NCBI GenBank assembly: GCA_045863335.1
Contig: BTVY01000005.1
Location: 68,718-132,717 of the forward strand
DNA length: 64,000 nucleotides
Reading direction: 5' to 3'
From: Candidatus Hydrogenedentota bacterium
GTDB taxonomy: Bacteria > Hydrogenedentota > Hydrogenedentia > Hydrogenedentales > SLHB01
Of the stretch, positions 47,853 to 56,468 are shown in pieces. Below the pieces are notes generated by a model. That model ran no database searches and was not told the DNA's origin. It saw only the letters and a program-made list of their open reading frames with translations. Within the stretch, counting starts at the first letter, position 1. Each line of letters begins with the position of its first letter. The position numbers and the translations under genes are program-made.

Positions 47853-49163
47853 CTACACGACGATCTTTTGTTGGCCGGCGTCGAACCGGGCGACTCCGCC
47901 TTCGCGGAGGGCCAGCGTGCCCATTTGCAGGGCGGTCTGCACGTGGTAGGCAAGTTGCGCGTTGCTCCACGTGTCCTTCGTGCGCGTCCGGCAGCAATCC
48001 AGGAAGTGCGTGAAGTAGCGCACCATGTCTTCCTTCGCTTCGATGGCGAAACTCTTGGGTTCACCTTTGGACTCCGCAGCCGGCACGAAGATGATCTGTT
48101 CGCCCTGCACCGTTAACGTGCCATCCCATCCGCGCAAGACGGGGATGCGCCCGCCCGCGCCGCGGCCGCCGGTGCCCTGGTAGTCGTTGCCCTGTGTGCC
48201 GAGCACGGCCACCGTGACCTTCTCGGGATAATCGAGGAGCATGTTGTACGTATCAGGGACTTCCCGTTCCGTGTAGCGGAACATGCCGCCGGTCGACACG
48301 ACCATGCTGGGCATGCCGAGGCCGAGCATGTGAATCACGGGCGTAAGGGAATGCGGGAAAAGATCGGTCGAGGGGCCGCCCGCATAGTCTTCATACATGC
48401 GCCACCGGAAAAAGCGGCTGACGTCGAAAGGCCGTTCCGGCGAATCGCCCAGGAAGGCTTCCCAATTCAAATCTGGTCCGGGTTTGGCGTTGGGGTCATC
48501 GATGGGCATGCCGCGTTCGCCCCAATCGCCCACGCGGAAGTAGCCGCACTCCGCCACGATGGGCTGGCCGATAATGCCGTCTTTCACCAATGCGGCCATC
48601 TGGTGCCACGCGGAATCCGACATGCCTTGCGAACCCAGGATGAATACGCGATCCGAGGCTTCGACTTCCGCCGCAAGCTGCCGCGTCAGTTCAAACTGAC
48701 GCCAATGGGTCACCGGTTTCTCGCAATAGACGTCCTTGCCCGCGCGGATGGCGTCGATGGCCTGATACCCGTGATGATGGTCTGGCGTCGCGATGAAGAC
48801 CACATCGACATCCGCGTCCGCAAGCAATTCGCGGTGGTCCATGTAGAGCTTCGCGCCCCAGGCTTGCGCGGCGCGCTCCGCGCGCGGGCGGTAGACGTCG
48901 CACATGGCGACGACGTCAATGTTGCCGCCGTTCTCTTTGATGTAGCCGAGGGTCTTCAGGTGTGCGGCACCCCGGCCGCCGCATCCGATTTGGCCGATGC
49001 GCAGCGTGTCTTGCGGCGCTTCCTGTGCCGCCACGTGCAATGCGGATGCGGCGACGGTTGCCGCCACTCCCGCAGTAGCGGTCCGGCCCATGAACTGACG
49101 GCGCGTCAGGTTATCCCCCGCTGGATGATTGGATGTGGTTCCCATGATGATCTCCTTAAACAA
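47853..49163 (-). CDS. Tat-exported Gfo/Idh/MocA oxidoreductase
   Basis: TRRQFM Tat motif, IGCGGRG, IATPDHHH, YCEKP, WRMYEDYAGG..TDLFPH. Confidence 0.92.
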   Translation of the reverse strand: MFKEIIMGTTSNHPAGDNLTRRQFMGRTATAGVAATVAASALHVAAQEAPQDTLRIGQIGCGGRGAAHLKTLGYIKENGGNIDVVAMCDVYRPRAERAAQAWGAKLYMDHRELLADADVDVVFIATPDHHHGYQAIDAIRAGKDVYCEKPVTHWRQFELTRQLAAEVEASDRVFILGSQGMSDSAWHQMAALVKDGIIGQPIVAECGYFRVGDWGERGMPIDDPNAKPGPDLNWEAFLGDSPERPFDVSRFFRWRMYEDYAGGPSTDLFPHSLTPVIHMLGLGMPSMVVSTGGMFRYTEREVPDTYNMLLDYPEKVTVAVLGTQGNDYQGTGGRGAGGRIPVLRGWDGTLTVQGEQIIFVPAAESKGEPKSFAIEAKEDMVRYFTHFLDCCRTRTKDTWSNAQLAYHVQTALQMGTLALREGGVARFDAGQQKIVV

Positions 49164-49260
49164 GCAATTCCCCCGTTGAAATGCGACAGTGCGTAATAAG
49201 ATTCAATTGGCCGGTTTGAAAAATATTCCTCTTCAGACGACAAATCCCTTAGAAGGCCGA

Positions 49261-49343
49261 ATGTAGCGCAGGCGTCCTCGCCTGCAAACTTCCAAGGGTC
49301 TGCTCTCCTGTCCCGTTTGCAGGCGGGGACGCCTGCGCTACAT
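49261..49343. repeat. GTAG-type REP doublet
   Basis: ATGTAGCGCAGGCGTCCTCGCCTGCA ... TGCAGGCGGGGACGCCTGCGCTACAT; same family as 1743-1825. Confidence 0.85.
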
Positions 49344-49399
49344 AGACCGGCTTCGTTCCGGGCATTCAACTGACCTGAACTGTTCTCGAGCAACCCTCG

Positions 49400-50356
49400 T
49401 TACTCTCGATCTTCGCGTGGCAGGGCGAGCCAGCGTTGGTACAAGGCTTCGATGTCCGCGTCCTCGGGCGCGGCATCCCACACGGCGACGCCATACCGAA
49501 GGGTCAGCGTTTCGCCGGCGTTGATGACGAGTGGTTCGTTTTTCAGATCCAGGGTGGCGGACATGTACGCGAACCCTACGGGCATGGTGAACCACGTGGC
49601 CGGATGCCGCGCGTTCCCGGGATCGTCGAACATCGCAACCGTGAGCGGTTGGCCGTCGACCTCCGCCGTGTAAGAGGACCACGCCGCGCGGCCGAGCCGT
49701 TCCTCCCCGCGCTCGACTTTGCCGAGGTCGCCGGCCGCGTTTCGGAACGTACCGATGGCATCCATGCTGTGCGGGAAGCGAAACCCGAGGCCGAAGTAAT
49801 GCGAGCCGGAGAGGGTTACCGAAGGCAACCCTTCCGCGGGTGTGAGCGCGGTGATCCAGGTGACCAGCGTTGCAGGTATTCCGGGCGAGCGGTACGTGGC
49901 GATGGTACGCACTTCGTTCAGGAGCGTCGCGCTATCGTCCGGGCGCACCCAATCGAGCGCTTCGCCGAAACGTGCGCATGTGGCGCCATTCACCGATTCC
50001 ACGGTTTGCTCGTTGATCCATTGGCGATGGAGCTGCTTGCCCCCAGTTGGCGTCTCTTCCCAGAAGTTGACGCCTTCCGCGGCGACCGCGAACATGAGTG
50101 CGTGATGATGCAGGTGATCCGGCGGGGCGTCGAGAAGCACGTTGAATCCGGACGGCGAATACAGCTCCTGCACGCAGGGTTTGAACGGCACGCCCGCGTA
50201 GTGGTAGCGCAAGACCGGATCGCCGGAGGACACGGTCAGGTGGGTGTCATCCAATGCAATCGACAATGGCCCTTGCGCATTTCCTTGTTGGGCCAAGCCG
50301 GCACCGGCAACGAGCCCCAAAAAAACAAACCCAATGCAACACGCTCTACTCAACAT
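49400..50356 (-). CDS. DUF6807 / 'PmoA-like' secreted protein (not a methane monooxygenase)
   Basis: Signal peptide; KP....LYSPSG, DHLHHHAL, NFW, HYFGLG.R, DDPGN..HP..W, LTLRY. Confidence 0.7.
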   Translation of the reverse strand: MLSRACCIGFVFLGLVAGAGLAQQGNAQGPLSIALDDTHLTVSSGDPVLRYHYAGVPFKPCVQELYSPSGFNVLLDAPPDHLHHHALMFAVAAEGVNFWEETPTGGKQLHRQWINEQTVESVNGATCARFGEALDWVRPDDSATLLNEVRTIATYRSPGIPATLVTWITALTPAEGLPSVTLSGSHYFGLGFRFPHSMDAIGTFRNAAGDLGKVERGEERLGRAAWSSYTAEVDGQPLTVAMFDDPGNARHPATWFTMPVGFAYMSATLDLKNEPLVINAGETLTLRYGVAVWDAAPEDADIEALYQRWLALPREDRE

Positions 50357-50432
50357 CTGCCCTTATTCCCCCTGCGGCATGCGGCGGCAATGCCGTCCGT
50401 GTATGTCCGTGTCAGTCCGTGTTCTTTTCCCT

Positions 50433-51260
50433 CTACTTTAACAGCGGCTTCAGATGCGCCACGCTGCGCTCCGCCTGATCGACGGTGCCGCATTCGACAC
50501 TGAGCACGATATCCCGCTTCGCGCGCTTGCACACGTCGATCACCTTCGCCCAGTCGACCACGCCTTCGCCGCAGGCGCAGCCCACTGGCGTCCCCGTGAC
50601 TTTGCCGCGTTCCGCATCGCTCTGCTGCACGGAAATGTCCTTCGCGTGAAGATGGACGAGCCGGTCAACGACGTGTTCCAGCCACACGATGGGATCTTCG
50701 CCCGAGAGGTAGCTGTTGCCCGTGTCAAAGTTGATGCCGATGGCTGGGGAATCGACGAGGCTGTAGATCTTGTCGAGCCCCTTCGGAGACTTGCTGTATT
50801 GCTGGTGCGGCTCGATGCCGATGAGGATGCCGCGGGCCTCGGCGAGTTGGGCCGCCTCGTGGAGGACGTAGCGCATGAGCGTGTGGTCTTCTTCTTCGGA
50901 CGTCCACTTGGGTTTTGGGCCTTCGTCGGTATTGATGACCGGCGCGCCGCATTCCGCCGCGAAGCGGACGGCCTGCTTCAAATATTCCGTGCTGATCTCC
51001 GGTTTGCAGAGCGGACAGTGTGCCGACAATCCCGACAGACGGACTCCGGCTTTTTCGCAGGCCCGCTTGACGCGGTAGGGGTCGTCGAGCATGGAGACAC
51101 TGTGGAAGTACCCCGCTTCGCTCAGCAGCTCGCGGCCCCAGTGGACCATGGGTTCAACGAAGTCGTACCCGAGTTCCGCGGCCTTCTCGACGCCCCACTC
51201 CATGGGCTTGTCCTGATGCCGGACGAATTCCAGATTGATGCCCAGTAAAACGTTTCCCAT
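50433..51260 (-). CDS. Sugar phosphate isomerase/epimerase (AP-endonuclease 2 TIM barrel)
   Basis: GIEPH, NFDTGN, HLHAKD, CGEGVVDW, SVEC. Start ATG 51260. Confidence 0.88.
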   Translation of the reverse strand: MGNVLLGINLEFVRHQDKPMEWGVEKAAELGYDFVEPMVHWGRELLSEAGYFHSVSMLDDPYRVKRACEKAGVRLSGLSAHCPLCKPEISTEYLKQAVRFAAECGAPVINTDEGPKPKWTSEEEDHTLMRYVLHEAAQLAEARGILIGIEPHQQYSKSPKGLDKIYSLVDSPAIGINFDTGNSYLSGEDPIVWLEHVVDRLVHLHAKDISVQQSDAERGKVTGTPVGCACGEGVVDWAKVIDVCKRAKRDIVLSVECGTVDQAERSVAHLKPLLK

Positions 51261-51461
51261 TGCACCGTTCCTCCCCGAAACGCGTGGTACCCCCAATCGA
51301 CGCAGCCCGATCCGGCCGCGCGGGAATCGTATTCCCCCTGTCTGTAATCATACGCGAAAACGGCGGAAAAGTCTTGCGGGTAGGGGCGCCTTGAAAACAC
51401 CGCCGCGCTTCGGCCACTCTGGCCACGGCTTGCTGAGTTGGGACCAGGGGAAACTGCTTTC

Positions 51462-53519
51462 ATGAAGAAGATCGGTGCGCTGCTGGCTCTGGCGATAATC
51501 GTTGGCTGCAAGACAACCCCGCCGGAACCGCCGGTCACGGAACCGCCGGTGCAACCCGTTGGCGACGTTCCAGTTCCGGCCGACACGGGCGACTTGGGAC
51601 CGCTCAAGGGGCGGCGGATTTGCCTGGATCCCGGGCATGGCGGACCCTGGCCGGGCGCGGTAGCGCCGTCGAACGCCGTCCGCGAAGCGGACGTGAATCT
51701 GAACGTGGCGCGGCGCTTGAAGCAGATGCTGGAGCAGGCGGGCGCGACGGTCGTCATGACGCGGGACGACGATACCGTGCTGCAACCGGAGAATCTCAGC
51801 GCGGATCTTGCGGCGCGCGCAGCCTTCGCCAACCAGAACCAGGTCGACACCTTTCTGAGCATCCATCATAACGCGGACATCGAGACCGGCTCGGACCGGA
51901 ACGATCTCGAGGTCTACTACAAGCTACGCGAGGAAGGAGCGAGTCTCGATCTCGCCCAAGCCCTGACGCGGTCACTGGCGCGGGAACTGGGCGCGAGCGC
52001 AACGGCGCGGCGGCTTCTGCCGGGGAATTACAAAGTGCTGCGGCTGGCAGAGGTGCCGGCCGTGCTGTTGGAATCCTCGTACATGACCCATGCGGGCAAT
52101 GCCGCGGCCCTGGCGACGGAGCAGGCGATCACCGCCGAGGCCCACGCCATCGCCACCGGGCTTGCGAATTACTTCGCCCTCGATCCGCCCCAAGTCGCTT
52201 CCGCCGAACTGGCGCCGCTCGACGGCGGACGCACCCACGAACTCCGCGTGAAATTTGCGCGGGGCATGCCCATCGACATGACGACCGTGCAGGTCTGGCA
52301 GAACGGCGCGCCCGCGCATGGCGTGGCGGAACCGGCGGAAGGCGGGTTCGTGTGGACCTTCCCGGAGCCGCTGGAGAACGGCAAGCCGGGTCTACAGGTG
52401 ACGCTGCGCAACGCCAAGGGCGCGGCTCTCGAGTTTCCGGTGAACGCCACGGTAAACCGGCCGCCCGCGACCATCATGGCGGTGCAGATCCCGGAAAGCG
52501 TCGCGGCGCGATCGGGTTGCGAGATCCTGGTGCTGGCGCGCGTGCTCGATGCGTATGGGTATCCCGTCGCCGACGGGACGCAGGTGGCGATCAACGAATC
52601 CGGCGACACCACGGCGACGAAAGATGGCGTGGCGCGGTTCTATCTCGCGGAGCCGGAGAAGTCTCCCACGCTGACGCTCGCGAGTGGCTCAGCGAAGGAA
52701 ACCTTCACGCTGCGCGTTGGCGATGCGCGCTATCGAAGTCTGCGCGTGACGCGCGCGGGCACGACGGAACCCGTCGGCGGCGCGGCGGTTGCCGTGAACG
52801 GAATCTCGCTTGGCGTGACAACGCCCGAAGGGTGGTTCGCCGTGCCGGTGTCGGTGGAAGACGCGTACGTGCGTTGTCCCGGTTATGAACCGGCTTTTGT
52901 GGAACTTCAGAAAGCCCGCGTCGACGTGGCGTTGAATCCCGTTGCGGGCGGCGTGTTGTTGGGCAAGACCATCGTGCTCGATCCCGCCTACGGCGGACGC
53001 GAAGCCGGGGCCATCGGACCGGCCGGCATGCGCGCGAGCGATTATGCCTTGTCGGTCGCGCGACGAACCGCGGCACTGCTGCGGGCGGCGGGCGCGACGG
53101 TGCACATCACCCGCGCGGGTGACCTGGAAACCTCGGAACCGCGCCGGGTGCTGGTCGCGGAAGACACGGGCGCCGATGTGCTTGTTTCGATTGCGCTGGG
53201 ATCGCGCGGCACGAATGCAAAGACGTTAGACGCGTCCGGCCATCGGTCGGATCGCAATGCCTTCGTGGGCCACTATCCGAACAGTCCCGACGGCACCCGC
53301 CTTGCCACTGCGATTGGAGATGCCCTCGGCGGGATTCCCGCGGTGCCGTCGGTCGCGTACGTCGTGCAACAGACGGGGTGCCCTGCCGTATTGGTCCAAC
53401 CCGCCGACATCACGGAAGGCGACAACGAAACCCAGTATCGCGCGCCGGATGTGCAACGAAAAGTGGCCGACGCGATCTACCGCGGAATCGCGACCTACTA
53501 CGGAGCGGCGGCGCAGTAG
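51462..53519 (+). CDS. N-acetylmuramoyl-L-alanine amidase lipoprotein with two Amidase_3 domains
   Basis: IVGC lipobox. Domain 1: LDPGHGG, E, SIHHNA, PAVLLE. Domain 2: LDPAYGG, SIAL, PAVLVQ. Confidence 0.88.
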   Translation: MKKIGALLALAIIVGCKTTPPEPPVTEPPVQPVGDVPVPADTGDLGPLKGRRICLDPGHGGPWPGAVAPSNAVREADVNLNVARRLKQMLEQAGATVVMTRDDDTVLQPENLSADLAARAAFANQNQVDTFLSIHHNADIETGSDRNDLEVYYKLREEGASLDLAQALTRSLARELGASATARRLLPGNYKVLRLAEVPAVLLESSYMTHAGNAAALATEQAITAEAHAIATGLANYFALDPPQVASAELAPLDGGRTHELRVKFARGMPIDMTTVQVWQNGAPAHGVAEPAEGGFVWTFPEPLENGKPGLQVTLRNAKGAALEFPVNATVNRPPATIMAVQIPESVAARSGCEILVLARVLDAYGYPVADGTQVAINESGDTTATKDGVARFYLAEPEKSPTLTLASGSAKETFTLRVGDARYRSLRVTRAGTTEPVGGAAVAVNGISLGVTTPEGWFAVPVSVEDAYVRCPGYEPAFVELQKARVDVALNPVAGGVLLGKTIVLDPAYGGREAGAIGPAGMRASDYALSVARRTAALLRAAGATVHITRAGDLETSEPRRVLVAEDTGADVLVSIALGSRGTNAKTLDASGHRSDRNAFVGHYPNSPDGTRLATAIGDALGGIPAVPSVAYVVQQTGCPAVLVQPADITEGDNETQYRAPDVQRKVADAIYRGIATYYGAAAQ

Positions 53520-53533
53520 CGAACGCGTGGGCT

Positions 53534-53725
53534 AAAGAAACATCCCCCGCCGCGCTAATGGCGCGGCACCCCCTTCAAAGGGGGAAAGGGCACCACACGG
53601 CGTACTTCGAGTGCTGCGGTTTTAGCTCTGTCGTTTGAGGATTTCGTCCGTTTCAACCCGTGGAGCGGAGCGACCACGCCTCCCCCTTTGAAGGGGGTGC
53701 CGCGAAGTGGCGGGGGATGTTCTTT
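53534..53725. repeat. Long inverted repeat of the CCCCCTTCAAAGGGGG family
   Basis: ACATCCCCCGCC...CGCGGCACCCCCTTCAAAGGGGGA (to 53585) versus TCCCCCTTTGAAGGGGGTGCCGCG...GGCGGGGGATGT (from 53681). Confidence 0.8.
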
Positions 53726-53753
53726 GTTTCGAGCTGGGAGTGGGGAGCACGAC

Positions 53754-55277
53754 GTGAATTCGTCACAAAGCAAAGTGCGGCGCGCGGGGCTGTGGGCCGG
53801 GTTGGCGGCGCTGCTGGTGATCTTCTTCATGCCGACGCCGGAAGGCATGTCAGCGGAAGGGCAGCGCGTGGCGGCGGTCGCTTTGTTGATGGGCGTGTGG
53901 TGGATCACTGAGGCGATTCCGATTCCGGCCACTTCTCTGCTGCCGCTGGCCTTGTTTCCATTGCTTGGCGTCATGAGCGGGAAAGACCTCGCCGTGTCCT
54001 ACGGCGATCCCAACATCTTCCTTTTCGCGGGCGGATTCTTCATCGCCATGGCCATGCAGAAGTGGCGCTTGCACGAGCGCATGGCCTTGAATATCGTCGC
54101 GCGCACGGGCGGCGACCCCGCGAACCTCGTGATGGGTTTCATGGTCGCCACGGCCTTTTTATCGCTTTGGATTTCCAACGCCGCGACGACCATGATGATG
54201 GTGCCCATCGGCCTCGCCGTGATCGACGAAGTCGCGGGCAAGGCCGGCAAAGAGCGGACCGTCAACTTCGGATTGTGCATCATGCTCGGCATCGCCTACG
54301 CCGCAAGCATCGGAGGCACGGGCACGCTCGTCGGCACGCCGCCGAACATCGTGCTCGCGGGGACCCTCGCGCGAATTTACCCCGAGGCGCCGCGCATCGG
54401 GTTTGGCCAATGGATGTTTTTCGGCATCCCCTTCGTGCTGGTCTTCATTCCCATCGCGTGGTTCCTGTTGACGCGCGTGTTGTGTCCGCTGCGCGAACTG
54501 GGATCGCTGACGGACGGCGAGGGCGCAGTGCGGGAACGGTTGCGCGCGCTCGGTCCTATGAGCCGCGGCGAACGCATCGTGCTGGCCGTATCGACGCTGA
54601 CGGCGCTGGCGTGGATCTTTCGCGCGGACCTGCAACTCGGCGCGTTCACGTTGCCCGGCTGGTCGCGATTGTTGCCGCACGCGGGGTTTGTGAACGACGG
54701 CACGGTCGCCATCTTCTTTGCGGTGCTGTTGTTCATGATCCCCGTCGACCGCAAAGCGGGCGAGTTTGCGCTGGATTGGGATTGGGCGGTGCGCATTCCA
54801 TGGGGCGTGCTGTTGTTGTTCGGCGGCGGCTTCGCCCTCGCGCAAGGGTTTAGCGACACAGGCCTCGTCGAATGGGCCGGAAATCACCTGAGCGTGTTGT
54901 CCGGGTTTCCGTTGCTGGTCATCCTCATCATTCTCTGTGTGGCCGTAACCTTTCTCACCGAATTCACGTCCAACACCGCGCTCGCCACGATCATGCTGCC
55001 TATCCTCGCGGTGACGGCGACGCAAGGCTTGCATGTGCATCCGTTGGTGCTACTCGTGCCGGCTACGCTGAGCGCGTCCATGGCCTTCATGATGCCCGTC
55101 GCGACGCCCCCCAACGCGCTCGTCTTCGGCAGCGGCCACGTGACGGTTTCGCAAATGGCCCGGACAGGATTCGTGTTGAATTTGGTGGGCGTTGTGTTGG
55201 TGGTGTTGATCACCTATCTCGTCGTGATTCCGGTGCTCAACATCACGCCGGGGGTGCTGCCGGCCTGGGCGCAATAG
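53754..55277 (+). CDS. DASS/SLC13 anion:sodium symporter
   Basis: WWITEAIPIPATSLLP, SLWISNAAT, GTLVGTPPN, TEFTSNTA, PVATPPNA. GTG start 53754. Confidence 0.93.
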   Translation: MNSSQSKVRRAGLWAGLAALLVIFFMPTPEGMSAEGQRVAAVALLMGVWWITEAIPIPATSLLPLALFPLLGVMSGKDLAVSYGDPNIFLFAGGFFIAMAMQKWRLHERMALNIVARTGGDPANLVMGFMVATAFLSLWISNAATTMMMVPIGLAVIDEVAGKAGKERTVNFGLCIMLGIAYAASIGGTGTLVGTPPNIVLAGTLARIYPEAPRIGFGQWMFFGIPFVLVFIPIAWFLLTRVLCPLRELGSLTDGEGAVRERLRALGPMSRGERIVLAVSTLTALAWIFRADLQLGAFTLPGWSRLLPHAGFVNDGTVAIFFAVLLFMIPVDRKAGEFALDWDWAVRIPWGVLLLFGGGFALAQGFSDTGLVEWAGNHLSVLSGFPLLVILIILCVAVTFLTEFTSNTALATIMLPILAVTATQGLHVHPLVLLVPATLSASMAFMMPVATPPNALVFGSGHVTVSQMARTGFVLNLVGVVLVVLITYLVVIPVLNITPGVLPAWAQ

Positions 55278-55308
55278 AGGAACCGCAGGGGCAGCATGTT
55301 GCGCTCTG

Positions 55309-55470
55309 TGGAGTGCGGTCACGCTATGGCGTGGCTGCTTTCACTAAGCAGGCTTGCCTGCGGCTTTGTGGCTGGCAAGTGCGCAGTTCAAGGGCAAATT
55401 CGGATCACTTCAAGTTCTTAGGGCTATCAGAACGAGCCTAATCAAAGCAGCCGCAAGCGGCCGCACTCCA
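55309..55470. repeat. TGGAGTGCG/CGCACTCCA inverted REP-like element
   Basis: TGGAGTGCGG...GGCTGCTTT ... AAAGCAGCC...CCGCACTCCA. Confidence 0.7.
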
Positions 55471-55556
55471 AAAGGGCATCCTTTGCGCTTTACCCGCGGC
55501 CTGTCCGTCTTTTACGATCTCCAGGCGCCCAGCCGCGCGAACGGGGGAGAATCACC

Positions 55557-56360
55557 ATGTCCAATCCATACGTTCACGGTTACGACCCGCGCGAAAGCGT
55601 GCGGCTCCAGGACCAGGCTTCGACGCTCGACGAACTGCTCCACGGCGATACCGTCTATCCCGAGGGCAGCCGCGTGTTGGAGGCCGGCTGCGGCGTCGGC
55701 GCGCAGACGGTGATCCTCGCGAAACGCAGTCCCGGCGCGGAGTTCACGTCGGTGGACATCTCGCCGGCGTCCCTGGCGCAGGCGCGCGAAGCGGTCGATC
55801 GCGCGGGCTTTACCAACGTCACCTTTCACGAAGGCGATATTTTTGATCTGCGCTTCGAGGATGCGTCGTTCGACCACGTCTTCGTCTGTTTCGTGCTCGA
55901 ACATCTCGCCGATCCGGAAGGCGCGCTGGCCGCGTTGCACCGTCTCATCAAACCGGGCGGCACGCTGACTGTCATTGAAGGGGATCACGGTTCCACCTTT
56001 ATGCATCCCCATAGCGACGATGCCTTGAAAGCCGTCGCGGCGCTCGTCGAACTCCAGGCCCGCGCGGGAGGCAACGCCAACATCGGCCGCCAGCTTTACC
56101 CGCTCCTGACCCAAGCCGGATACCGCGACTGCCGCGTGTCCCCCCGCATGGTCTACGTCGATTCCAGCCGCCCCAACTATGTCGAAGGATTTACCAGAAA
56201 CACCTTCACCGCCATGATCGCGGGCGTCCGCAGCGATGTTCTCGCCCACGGTATCCTCGACGCTGCCACCTTCGACAACGGCGTGCAGGGCCTCCGCCGC
56301 GCCGCGGAAGACGACGGGGTGTTTTGCTATACCTTCTTCAAAGTGTTGGCGAGCGTTTGA
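55557..56360 (+). CDS. Class I SAM-dependent methyltransferase
   Basis: VLEAGCGVG, VDIS, FDHVFVCFVLEHL, KPGG. Confidence 0.92.
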   Translation: MSNPYVHGYDPRESVRLQDQASTLDELLHGDTVYPEGSRVLEAGCGVGAQTVILAKRSPGAEFTSVDISPASLAQAREAVDRAGFTNVTFHEGDIFDLRFEDASFDHVFVCFVLEHLADPEGALAALHRLIKPGGTLTVIEGDHGSTFMHPHSDDALKAVAALVELQARAGGNANIGRQLYPLLTQAGYRDCRVSPRMVYVDSSRPNYVEGFTRNTFTAMIAGVRSDVLAHGILDAATFDNGVQGLRRAAEDDGVFCYTFFKVLASV

Positions 56361-56468
56361 AACCAGCACCATCCTCAAGTGTGCTACGGTACACGGCGAG
56401 ACTTCCGTAGCGCAGCGCTCGCCGAGCGCGGCACCCGTTTATAGCGGAGCACCCAAACACATCCTCTT

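Noticed and set aside
49400-50356. Methane monooxygenase PmoA
   Set aside because: This is a soluble secreted DUF6807-like protein; there are no pmoCAB membrane subunits.
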